The notes below the pieces were generated by a model that did not search any database, was not told the origin of the DNA, and saw only the letters and a list, made by a program, of their open reading frames with translations. A DNA stretch of 64,000 bases from Methanobacteriota archaeon (GTDB lineage Archaea; Thermoplasmatota; Poseidoniia; Poseidoniales; Thalassarchaeaceae), in NCBI GenBank assembly GCA_011523055.1, contig WTHQ01000020.1, positions 80,114-144,113 on the forward strand. Direction: 5' to 3'. Both the position numbers and the translations under genes were made by a program. This document shows positions 27,375 to 36,263 of the stretch, in pieces. Positions within the stretch are counted from its first letter, which is position 1; every line of letters starts with the position of its first letter.

Positions 27375-29456
27375 TCAATCTAATGAGACCCTTGAGAAAA
27401 ACAACATCGACTCTCTGAAGAGTTCTTCCCTCCTGAGCCTCTTGTTTCGCCTCAGATGGAAGAATGTGAACAAGAAAACTAATCCAATTAAAAATGGTAT
27501 CAAGACTTCTGCCTGATACCTTTCCATGAACTCAATTATTCCCCGCGCCGTATATGCCCAGGTTATCGAAGCAGCGGTTCCACCCACAGTACAGGCCAAG
27601 AGAACCCTCTCAAACTTCATCCTTGCAACAAGACCAAGCATGGCTCCGACCAGTACACCGCTGGCCATGAATGGTATCCAAACAAAGACGATCAGGCCCC
27701 AGAATCCATATTTGTCTATCCTGTTCCTGTTTCTCTGTGCGACATACTCAACGCTAGAGAGGATGTCTCCCCCCACAGTTTGCAATAGTGTTCCAGTGAT
27801 GCCATGTTGTTTTGCAACCAGTGCCTCTCCGGCGAAATCTGATCCTCCCTGTTCTACTCTACCGGCCACAGCTTGATCCGCGAGGGTTCTTTTGAGATTC
27901 CTAGCGCTGACGATCACCTTTCGGTCCCCCAGGAGGTTCGATAGCCCATCCCTCAAGCGATCAGAAAGGCTCTCCTCTATCTCTAGGAAATTTCGTGGGA
28001 ATAGGAAATATCCAAATCTCATTTTTGGTCGATAGATCATTCTGACATAGATCGCCTTTTCATCTGCAGAAACAAGTGTGCCTTCATCCTCTAGGTCATA
28101 TTGGTTAAGCAGTTCTTGGATGACTGGCCTGGCTAGGTCCTCAATTGTCCCGATGATGGAGATGGACTCAAAGAATGGTCTGTAGTCATCATCCACGACT
28201 GAGGGGTCAAATCCATGCATCGTCAAATCATTGTCGAGCATTATCGTTTCTTCAGACAGACTTGCAGTCATTGATTGCACCCTCAACTGGAGGGGCCTCA
28301 TTTCTCCGAAGATCGAGAACTCAGAAAGAAGGTTGCGCAATAGAGTCGACCTAACGTCGGTGACAGTCATGATGCTCCTGCTCTGGGGAGCGTATGGCAC
28401 GAATACATCAATTGAAATGGCTCTCTCTTGCATTCTCAATAGTTCGAAGTCGATCTTTACAGAGACTTCCTCCTGTGAGTTTTCAAGAACCCTAGTTATC
28501 AACCTCTTCACCTGTTCTTTGTTTAGGGCTTCTTCACCCTCTCGGTGGTACATCTTGTGCATCAATGGGTACTGTATGCAGAGGAAGACGATCGACATCC
28601 CCAGGGATACGAAGGCCATCCACCAGGCAGGGACACCCCCACTCCCTCCTGTCAGCATGGCTGTCTCTCTTCCACCTGCCCATTCAGCTGCCATCAGAAG
28701 CCACCCCCACTCGCCGAGATCCTTGAAAGTCAAGCAAGCACGAGGTCCCGTTTCTCTGAGGTCAATGTCTATTACCTCTTCATCAGAAAACAGTCCAGAA
28801 AACAATCCGCCCCCAGCACGGCGCTCCACCCCAACAGAGGACGATTGAGAGAAAATTTCGCTCGATCCGAGAGTGATATTACTATCGTCTACCGAGGGGT
28901 CTGAGCTTAGGTTGTGCAGTGAAACGGTCAAAGTCTGATCGCCGACAAAGAGATCTTCCCCCTCTATCTCGATCGCAAGGTTGCCTGTCCCACGTTGGAA
29001 GATTTCAGTGAGGTTCCCATCGATATTTGTGTATGATACTACCATAGCTGTATTTATTTCAGGAACGTTGTACGATTTCACTTTGAGATCGTGATGATCT
29101 TCGTATATCGAAAGCCAGATCTGTCCCTGTTTATCGATGCATTCGCCACCGTTATCCAATGGGGTCTTGGAGAGAGTTTGGTCGATGGTCACAGAGTCGC
29201 CCGAAAGTAAACCCGTGCTGGCGGTGGCAATCAGTAAGAGGAAGAAGCCACCAAATGCAACCCCGAAGAGGAGGACATAGTCCTCAACTGCCCATCTAAA
29301 GAACCTCGTGTCCCCCAGTCTTCTCTCCCTGATTGAGTCTAATTCTCGGTCCAACTTGGCGCGCTCTGCCTCAGAGAAGATGTGAGATATGTCCCCCGCG
29401 TCAACTTTACCATCCTTGTTTAGGTCGAGAGAGTGGTGCTCGCCCCGCGATGGCAT
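27375..29456 (-). CDS. Membrane protein with N-terminal EF-hand/dockerin-like Ca-binding loop, large extracytoplasmic domain and C-terminal multi-TM domain
   Basis: Real start at the ATG MPSRGEHHSLDLNKDGKVDAGD. The listed ORF runs on to 29627 only by reading through the tRNA-Leu gene. Loop DLNKDGKVDAGD is D-x-N-x-D-G-x-x-D. C-terminus has 4 TM helices. Confidence 0.55.
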   Translation of the reverse strand: MPSRGEHHSLDLNKDGKVDAGDISHIFSEAERAKLDRELDSIRERRLGDTRFFRWAVEDYVLLFGVAFGGFFLLLIATASTGLLSGDSVTIDQTLSKTPLDNGGECIDKQGQIWLSIYEDHHDLKVKSYNVPEINTAMVVSYTNIDGNLTEIFQRGTGNLAIEIEGEDLFVGDQTLTVSLHNLSSDPSVDDSNITLGSSEIFSQSSSVGVERRAGGGLFSGLFSDEEVIDIDLRETGPRACLTFKDLGEWGWLLMAAEWAGGRETAMLTGGSGGVPAWWMAFVSLGMSIVFLCIQYPLMHKMYHREGEEALNKEQVKRLITRVLENSQEEVSVKIDFELLRMQERAISIDVFVPYAPQSRSIMTVTDVRSTLLRNLLSEFSIFGEMRPLQLRVQSMTASLSEETIMLDNDLTMHGFDPSVVDDDYRPFFESISIIGTIEDLARPVIQELLNQYDLEDEGTLVSADEKAIYVRMIYRPKMRFGYFLFPRNFLEIEESLSDRLRDGLSNLLGDRKVIVSARNLKRTLADQAVAGRVEQGGSDFAGEALVAKQHGITGTLLQTVGGDILSSVEYVAQRNRNRIDKYGFWGLIVFVWIPFMASGVLVGAMLGLVARMKFERVLLACTVGGTAASITWAYTARGIIEFMERYQAEVLIPFLIGLVFLFTFFHLRRNKRLRREELFRESMLFFSRVSLD

Positions 29457-29523
29457 AGTTTTCGAATTGGCAGGTACTTCATCAAACCGTTGGCTTATTT
29501 TTTGGAAACCCCGTTGAAGATAT

Positions 29524-29608
29524 TGGTGCAGGGGACAGGATTCGAACCTGCGAAGCACTACGCACTGGGACCTAAACCCAGCCCCTTTGACCGCTCGGGA
29601 ACCCCTGC
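29524..29608 (-). tRNA. tRNA-Leu (anticodon UAG), type II with long variable arm, CCA encoded
   Basis: Reverse complement GCAGGGGUUCCCGAGCGGUCAAAGGGGCUGGGUUUAGGUCCCAG...GCAGGUUCGAAUCCUGUCCCCUGCACCA. Acceptor GCAGGGG/CCCCUGC, anticodon loop UUUAGGU, T-loop UUCGAAU. Confidence 0.8.
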
Positions 29609-29828
29609 TTGAGCCATGGGGCGTCACCGTCTATATTTTACAATGCCGAGGGGTGAAATCTAGCACTATCCATACTTTTGGAGATTCAAACCTTGTCCTT
29701 TGCACTACCAGAGCGATTATTTTCACAACTTGGCACTTACGTCCAGCAGCTTTTCCGCCCCTGTAGTTGGAAATCTCCCATCAAGGTCATAACGGATTCG
29801 TGCCGGCGGGAGGAAATAGGGTGGTCCG

Positions 29829-30833
29829 ATGGCGCGCATAGGAATTTTTGGCATGGGCAACTGGGGAACCGCATTGGCGAAGGTATGGAGTGATGATGGC
29901 CATACTGTCACGGGGTGGACAATCGAGAGTGAAGTCTATGAGTCGCTAATGATTGAATCAACCAATCACAAATATCTTCCTGGAGTGAAGATGCCGAATC
30001 TCCAGGCGACGATGGCACACAGAGATATTCTCGATAGTTCAGAGATTCTCGTTTTTGCATTGCCCAGTAGTGTGATTCTTGACGTCATAGACCTAGTTCT
30101 ACCGGATTTAAAACCATCACACGTCATTCTCGACCTTGCCAAGGGTCTTGCCCCGGAAGAAGCGAGTGAGGATGGAATGATCTCAACTGCCATTGAACAC
30201 AAATTGAGGTCACAGGGCAAATCGAATCCTGTCCTTGTTCTTACCGGCCCCACTATTGCCCCAGAGGTGGCCAGGGGAGTTGTAACGAGTGCATTGGTTG
30301 CATGTGACGACGATTCAGTTGCCAAGAAAATAGCCCAGAGATTATCCACAAAAACTCTGATTCTCAGTTCAGCTGACGATCCTGTCGGAGCAGAGCTGTG
30401 GGGTGCCTACAAGAACACAGTAGCCCTAGCATGCGGAATAGTTGATGGCCTCAGGGACTCCATAGGGGGGGACAACCTCAAGGCTGCTCTTGTTCAATCA
30501 GGTTTCAATGAGGGGAGAGCGCTCCTATCGAAGATGGGAGCGAGCACGGATACTGCATTCGGTCCAGCAGGGTTGGGGGACTTGTATGTAACATCTACAA
30601 GCCCACGCAGCAGAAACAGAACGCTCGGAGAAAAACTAGGGGAAGGGAAAAGCCTGCAAGACGCTCTAGATGAAATGACGATGGTTGCCGAGGGGGTTCG
30701 AGCAACGAGAATGTTTAATCAAACGGCGATGAGGAATGGCTGGAATACACCCTTCTTGAATTCCCTATGTGATCTACTCGATGGGAAGATAACACCGGAT
30801 GAATCAGTCAGAAAGATGGTCGAGTCATTTTAG
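29829..30833 (+). CDS. gpsA: NAD(P)H-dependent glycerol-3-phosphate dehydrogenase (bacterial-type GpsA)
   Basis: MARIGIFGMGNWGTALAKVW Rossmann N-terminus. GpsA C-terminal domain GLGDLYVTSTSPRSRNRTLGEKLGEGKSLQDALDEM. Confidence 0.85.
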   Translation: MARIGIFGMGNWGTALAKVWSDDGHTVTGWTIESEVYESLMIESTNHKYLPGVKMPNLQATMAHRDILDSSEILVFALPSSVILDVIDLVLPDLKPSHVILDLAKGLAPEEASEDGMISTAIEHKLRSQGKSNPVLVLTGPTIAPEVARGVVTSALVACDDDSVAKKIAQRLSTKTLILSSADDPVGAELWGAYKNTVALACGIVDGLRDSIGGDNLKAALVQSGFNEGRALLSKMGASTDTAFGPAGLGDLYVTSTSPRSRNRTLGEKLGEGKSLQDALDEMTMVAEGVRATRMFNQTAMRNGWNTPFLNSLCDLLDGKITPDESVRKMVESF

Positions 30834-30848
30834 GAAGAAGAATCCATT

Positions 30849-31724
30849 TCACCCCCGCTTTGGGACGAGCACAGATTTCCACTTGGGCCTGTTTAATGGC
30901 CTCTCGTCTGTAAAAAACGATCGAATGAAAACAGAGATTGAATCAATAATTAGCACCATCAAGAATACCAGTATCAGATATGCGATTACCTTGTCATAGA
31001 CAAGGAATCCTAGATACAAATCAATGTAGTACCCAATTCCTCCCGCCCCGACGATCCCGATCACGGAACCATGCCTTACATTGTACTCGAACATGAATAT
31101 CGCTTGAGATATCAAGTCGTTAGCGGACTCTGGGATGACGATGTTGATGGCCTTCTCGATTGCCCCGAGGCCTGCAGCTTCCGCGGCTTCCAAGGGAAGG
31201 CTGCTCATCCCCTCTATTGCCTCATACTGTAGTTTTCCAAGATAGCCAACGGTGTAGACGGTCATTGCGAGGATGCCTGATATCGGTCCGAAGCCGATCA
31301 GGATAACAAAGAAGATAGCCCATATTAGCGCAGGGAGACTCCTCAAGGAAGCGAGTAAGATTCTGATTACGGAGGAAATTCCGGGTGTGCTAAGATTTCT
31401 CGCAGCCAGTAGAGAGAGGGGCAGGGATATTGTCATTCCAAAAACAGTGGATATGAACGCAATTTTCAACGTCTCTGACATACCGATCCAGGCTGTAGAG
31501 CAAGTGATTGAGAATCCGAGAGGTGCGTTGCATTCAGGGTAGAGTCTCGGTTCGAAGATACTCCAATCGGGAGGCCAAAGAGACTCAACAAAGAAGGTTT
31601 TCAAATTCGCGAACCCAGTTGATAGCCTTCCCCAGTCGTCAACTGCCCCCAGGGCCAAGTAGACAGAGGTAAAAAAACAGAAAACCGCGAACAAAGCGGG
31701 GTTGATTCGGATCTTTCTCGTCAC
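30849..31724 (-). CDS. ABC transporter permease, PhnE-like (phosphonate/phosphite-type importer)
   Basis: 6-TM permease with EAA-like loop LEAAEAAGLGAIEKAINIVIPES. Adjacent to a PhnC-like ATPase, with a 4-bp overlap. Confidence 0.65.
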   Translation of the reverse strand: MTRKIRINPALFAVFCFFTSVYLALGAVDDWGRLSTGFANLKTFFVESLWPPDWSIFEPRLYPECNAPLGFSITCSTAWIGMSETLKIAFISTVFGMTISLPLSLLAARNLSTPGISSVIRILLASLRSLPALIWAIFFVILIGFGPISGILAMTVYTVGYLGKLQYEAIEGMSSLPLEAAEAAGLGAIEKAINIVIPESANDLISQAIFMFEYNVRHGSVIGIVGAGGIGYYIDLYLGFLVYDKVIAYLILVFLMVLIIDSISVFIRSFFTDERPLNRPKWKSVLVPKRG

Positions 31725-32440
31725 ATCCTTACCTCCATAGTCTTCGTTTCAGACAAGAATGGGTTCAATCGTCCATCATCCATCACGACTAGCCTATCCG
31801 CGATCCTTCTTGCTCGGCCGATGTCGTGTTCAATTAGGACAATCGCTGCTGCTTCCTCGCGAGAATATTCTACAACAGCTTGTATAACATTCAACATGGT
31901 TTCCTCGTCTAACTCGCTAAGAAACTCATCAGCGAGGATTAAATTCGGCCTCTGAGCCAATGTCCTAGCCGTGGCGACTCTTCTTTGTTGGCCCCCTGAT
32001 AAACGTCTAATCGGTTCCCATGTCTTGTCCTCAAGTCCCATCTGGATGATTGACCTTTTTGCCCACTCTTTTGCTTCTTTTGAGGCAAAGAGGTCGATTG
32101 GGCCACAGAACCTCGCACGGGATCCGATCAATACGTTGTGGAACACGCTTGCATGTCGAATGAGCCCTAATCGCTGTGGAATGTAACCAAGTTGACCTCT
32201 GTATGGTTTTGAGGGGGCCCTTGCGCCGCAAACCTCAATTTTTCCGGCTAATGGTGGAACTAAGCCAGCAATTGTCTTCAGTAGTGTTGACTTGCCAATC
32301 CCAGATGGCCCGGCAATCGCTAAGATTTCCCCATTCTTTATTCGCAGGGATGGTATTTTGGCAAGGGGGGCCTTTTTGTCATATCCTATCGTTACACCCT
32401 CAAGGCTGACCGCTATGTCGCCAGTCACCTTTGTTGACAT
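31721..32440 (-). CDS. ABC transporter ATP-binding protein, PhnC-like
   Basis: Walker A GPSGIGKST, signature LSGGQQRRVATARTL, Walker B LILADEFLSELD. Confidence 0.75.
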   Translation of the reverse strand: MSTKVTGDIAVSLEGVTIGYDKKAPLAKIPSLRIKNGEILAIAGPSGIGKSTLLKTIAGLVPPLAGKIEVCGARAPSKPYRGQLGYIPQRLGLIRHASVFHNVLIGSRARFCGPIDLFASKEAKEWAKRSIIQMGLEDKTWEPIRRLSGGQQRRVATARTLAQRPNLILADEFLSELDEETMLNVIQAVVEYSREEAAAIVLIEHDIGRARRIADRLVVMDDGRLNPFLSETKTMEVRM

Positions 32441-32580
32441 TAATTTAGGCCAACCTAATCCTCTATTTGGACCTAGTGGGAGGTGCTTGATATTGGGTTT
32501 GGGAAAACGATATCAAACCTGTACGAATTTCCAATGTTGCAGACATAGAATGAAGTGTTGGGGCAATCCGTACTGCAGCC

Positions 32581-34629
32581 ATGAACAAGGTCCACGCACT
32601 TGTGTTCTCAATGATGATGCTGCTTGTTGGAGCATCAGGCTTGGTCGTCTCCGATACTCAGACACTGCCGCCTGATCAAGCGCCTATGAATCAATTTGGC
32701 GGAGACACCTCATTTGAGGCCCAGTGCTCAAAGAGTTCCTTCGAGGACGTATTCACATACACTTGGGCCAACTTCGACGTCACAGTTGCAGACAACTGGC
32801 GCACTGCACAAATTCAGGCCGTGGCGTGGATAAACGGGACCATGGCAGATGACTTCAGGGCATTCTTGGACGGCTTGTTGGATGGATTGATCCCGAGCGG
32901 CGGGGATGGGTGGCTTTCTTCTGATGAAAGAGAGGCTGTCCGAGCCGTAGCTGCTGATTGTGTCGAATACACGATGACTAGGGTAGGCGTCAGGGATGGG
33001 GAACATCATAGAGGCGGCCCTGCGGTTGATTGGCGGAATGCAACCTGGGTGGAAGACGGTGTTTCCATCGATGAATGGAACATGGTTCCAGAGCGGCACG
33101 AATCAGTCAGGTCTTGCACTAGCTTCGGTAGCAGCGATTGCTATGAGGTGCCTGTTTCCCCAGGGAATGCCCGAGATTGCGACACGGATGTGGTCAATGT
33201 CGATGAATGTAGGATCGAGTTGATGTTACTTGGAACGGTGGACCTCCACAATATACAGTCCCTGGAAACACTAACTCTGGCGATGAACACCTCAAACATC
33301 TCCAGAGCAACCTACACTGTCACCGCACCATATGTTGAGGGGATGAGGGTTTCTTTATTTGAGGAGTGCGAGGGAAGGGATTTACTTCACGGCGGCACGG
33401 CGACGCCCCTAAGAGGGTCTTGTATAGGCGATGGTTCCTCTGTAGCCACCTTCGCATACAACGAGCTAGGAGGGTTGGTTCTGACGATCATGCCAGATAG
33501 GCCAAATTCATTTTGGCCTGCGGGAGAAGACCTATTCTTTGATCTCACAACCATCCCGCCTTCTGTTGACGAGTTCCCAATTTGGACGCCGATCGCTCCT
33601 GAGAACGGCACCACATGGTTATTCAGCACGAAATTCTCCTCCTCTGACCCAACTTCGATTGTGATCGGGGAATGGAGCGAGGTCGCAGCATGGTTCTCAG
33701 ACGAGGATGCCGTCTCTACCTTGGATCTGTTTTGCTATGAGGAGGAGTCCGAGTCAAATCTTGTGACAGAGTCAAGATCAATTGTGATTACAATCGGTCG
33801 AGATGTGGATTTCACCACGGTTGCTTGCTCGGCTGTGGATGCAGCTGGCCAATCAACACCAACACGTCATTTTCACGTAATGAGGGGGTTCCTAGTCAAC
33901 ACTCCATCAAATTCCTCGGATGTTCATGACAACTTGGAGTTAGTGTTCACCAACATAACGACGACCCATCCCACAAACCAAGTCTTGCTTGATGTAGAGG
34001 TTGTTGTGGGGCTGGAGTGGGGTGGAGACGGCCCGACATACTATGATGAGGTCGTCACCTTGGGCCAAGTTAACCTAAGTCAGGAGATATTTTTTTCTGG
34101 TGACGCCCGCATTGCCACACCTGGGCCATTGAATGTCTGGTTCAAGTACTCAGGAACAGGGGTGTACGAACGCATCGAGAAAAGCGATATTTTTCTTCAG
34201 AAGATCGGGTCTCCCCCCATACTTAGCATTCTTGAATCCAGATGGACTGGAACAGAATGGGTAATGAACGGTATGTTCAGCGACCCAGATGGAGAGGATG
34301 TGACGTTTGCAATGTTCATCAATGGGGAAAATGTCGGATCTGTGCAGTCTACTGGGAACTCATGGTCGGTGGGGCCAATAGACTTCCAGTTGTTTGAGCC
34401 CGGAGCCTACACGGTTACCGTCCAAGGGTGTGACTCATCGGGAATGTGCTCAATTTCGGAAAGGAGTTTGAACTCCACATCTGCACTCTATCAACCGCCT
34501 CTCGGAGAGTCACCAGAGGATGGAGGAGACAGTGGGACGGGATTCGTTCCTTTCCCTCTTTACTCGTCCTTTATGGGAATTCTTGCTGCTGCATTCATGT
34601 ATGGTAGGGGTCACAGGAAGGAACAATGA
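32581..34629 (+). CDS. Large secreted surface protein with C-terminal TM anchor
   Basis: Signal peptide MNKVHALVFSMMMLLVGASGLVVS. 682 aa. C-terminal GTGFVPFPLYSSFMGILAAAFMYGRGHRKEQ (hydrophobic helix plus basic tail). Confidence 0.6.
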   Translation: MNKVHALVFSMMMLLVGASGLVVSDTQTLPPDQAPMNQFGGDTSFEAQCSKSSFEDVFTYTWANFDVTVADNWRTAQIQAVAWINGTMADDFRAFLDGLLDGLIPSGGDGWLSSDEREAVRAVAADCVEYTMTRVGVRDGEHHRGGPAVDWRNATWVEDGVSIDEWNMVPERHESVRSCTSFGSSDCYEVPVSPGNARDCDTDVVNVDECRIELMLLGTVDLHNIQSLETLTLAMNTSNISRATYTVTAPYVEGMRVSLFEECEGRDLLHGGTATPLRGSCIGDGSSVATFAYNELGGLVLTIMPDRPNSFWPAGEDLFFDLTTIPPSVDEFPIWTPIAPENGTTWLFSTKFSSSDPTSIVIGEWSEVAAWFSDEDAVSTLDLFCYEEESESNLVTESRSIVITIGRDVDFTTVACSAVDAAGQSTPTRHFHVMRGFLVNTPSNSSDVHDNLELVFTNITTTHPTNQVLLDVEVVVGLEWGGDGPTYYDEVVTLGQVNLSQEIFFSGDARIATPGPLNVWFKYSGTGVYERIEKSDIFLQKIGSPPILSILESRWTGTEWVMNGMFSDPDGEDVTFAMFINGENVGSVQSTGNSWSVGPIDFQLFEPGAYTVTVQGCDSSGMCSISERSLNSTSALYQPPLGESPEDGGDSGTGFVPFPLYSSFMGILAAAFMYGRGHRKEQ

Positions 34630-35240
34630 CAGTCAGGGGCCGCATAGTCTCAATGTCTCATCTCGGAGGTCTATTGGTCAAATTCGATGGAGTTGCGCCG
34701 GGTCTTGGTTGGGAGGTTCGGATCGAGGGAGGGCGAAGCGTCGGAAGGGTTGATTCAGTCATAGGCAGCGTCAACTCAGGCATAATTCACGTTACTCTGT
34801 CGGAGAGCATCGACCCTGCTTCCGCTACGGGTGCGCCCGTTGAAATTACCAGATCGGCCAATCGAAAGGGCCGGGTTCGTGAAAATCGACGAGGTGGCTC
34901 GAAAACTTCCATGGTAAGGCAGGCGAAAAATAGGGGGAAAAGACGAGAACGGTCTGACATGGCCCTTCCAACATGGGTCTGCAAAAAATGTAGAACATTG
35001 AACTCTAAAACCTGGAAGTGCACGAATTGCGGGGAGGGGCGGCCAGAAAGGCAGCGTTCGATTGGAAATCGAAGTTCTGACGGTCCGAAAAGGCCTAGGC
35101 GCCAGCAATCAGGACGACATGGGGGGAGAAGAGCCTCTAAGAGAGAAAGACCCATGTCAGGAGGATCGAAGTCGAAACAGAGATCATTCCCCCCAAGAGT
35201 AAGGGGCAGGGGAAAGCAGGGCAGGAAACCTCCGAGATAG
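34626..35240 (+). CDS. Gar1-like small barrel domain (H/ACA RNP subunit-like) fused to a RanBP2-like C4 zinc finger and an Arg/Gly/Lys-rich tail
   Basis: N-terminal GRIVSMSHLGGLLVKFDGVAPGLGWEVRIEGGRSVGRVDSVIGSVNSGIIHV resembles the archaeal Gar1 pattern (LG.V.H...G.L+V+...P.LG..V.D...+G.V.DV.G.V). Zinc finger WVCKKCRTLNSKTWKCTNCG. Basic tail RRQQSGRHGGRRASKRERP...RVRGRGKQGRKPPR. ATGA overlap with the preceding gene. Confidence 0.45.
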   Translation: MTVRGRIVSMSHLGGLLVKFDGVAPGLGWEVRIEGGRSVGRVDSVIGSVNSGIIHVTLSESIDPASATGAPVEITRSANRKGRVRENRRGGSKTSMVRQAKNRGKRRERSDMALPTWVCKKCRTLNSKTWKCTNCGEGRPERQRSIGNRSSDGPKRPRRQQSGRHGGRRASKRERPMSGGSKSKQRSFPPRVRGRGKQGRKPPR

Positions 35241-35275
35241 GAGCATTCATCGTTCAGTCTCGCCTCGCCGGCCCG

Positions 35276-36259
35276 ATGGATGGCGACAGGTATGACCTAG
35301 ATTGGATCAAGGAGGTCAAGGGGAGTCAGTCTCGAGAAGAGGCCCTGGATAGCATAAATTCCGCTTTGGAAGAAGAGCCTGGGAATGCGCTACTATGGGT
35401 AGAGGCAGCTGATCTCAATCTGCCGCCCAGAAGTCGTGGCAGGCCAATTGACCCGACTCTCATACAGTGTGCGAATGCGCTTAGGTGCCTTCGAAAGTCT
35501 GTTGAATGTGACCCTACGATGGATGAGGCATGGGCCCTAGGGGGCCTAATCCTGGTGGACCACCTTGGAATGATGGAGGATGCGCTCCAGTGGTGGTCAG
35601 ATTACAGCGCTGTAAATCAGGAGTCCATGGTCCCCCATATTGAACAAGCAGCAATTTTATTGAGATACGGAGAATATGACAAGGCTTCGATGGTGGCAGG
35701 CAAGATACCTCCGGATGAAGAGGGGAGCCTTTCAGCATCGCAGAAGAGGAGAGTTGAGGAACTCCGAAGAAATCTAAAGAGAGCCTCGAAGGAGAAGGAA
35801 GGTGATATTTTCAAGCCTCAGGACCCCAATCACCCAAGATGGGGAAAAATTGGGACATATCGTAACCAAAAGCCTGTTTCTCAGACCTATTTTCTGTTTT
35901 TCATAATCGCGCCATTCGTGTTCATGATAGGATTCATCGCGTCTGCTTCGCTCTCCTCCTATGGGGCCAGAGGGCAGGTAGCCACTTTCTTGACTATCCT
36001 AGTGGCCTTCTACACCCTGACACGTGCCTCAGAGCCTCTGTTCAGGTGGATGAACAGGAATGCAACTGATCTAGACAGGGCCCTGGACATAGAGATGGCC
36101 TCGGGGGGAACATGCATCCCCGAGAACGTCAGAAGTGGCAGGTTACACAAGAAGATGTTGACCTACAGGCCACCCGCATGGCTCGAGCGCCATGAGAGGA
36201 TCGTTGCCGATGGGCAACGAATCCCACGCAAATGGTCCACGGCATTTGAGCTTGATTAG
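35276..36259 (+). CDS. Hypothetical protein with N-terminal helical (TPR-like) domain and two TM helices
   Basis: 327-aa ORF. TM helices YFLFFIIAPFVFMIGFIASASL and VATFLTILVAFYTLT. No family recognised. Confidence 0.45.
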   Translation: MDGDRYDLDWIKEVKGSQSREEALDSINSALEEEPGNALLWVEAADLNLPPRSRGRPIDPTLIQCANALRCLRKSVECDPTMDEAWALGGLILVDHLGMMEDALQWWSDYSAVNQESMVPHIEQAAILLRYGEYDKASMVAGKIPPDEEGSLSASQKRRVEELRRNLKRASKEKEGDIFKPQDPNHPRWGKIGTYRNQKPVSQTYFLFFIIAPFVFMIGFIASASLSSYGARGQVATFLTILVAFYTLTRASEPLFRWMNRNATDLDRALDIEMASGGTCIPENVRSGRLHKKMLTYRPPAWLERHERIVADGQRIPRKWSTAFELD

Positions 36260-36263
36260 ACCC

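Noticed and set aside
29457-29627. N-terminal 57 codons of the six-frame ORF 27375..29627 (MTPHGSSRGSRAVKGAGFRSQCVVLRRFESCPLHQYLQRGFQ...)
   Set aside because: This stretch is the tRNA-Leu gene read as protein. The real CDS starts at ATG 29456.
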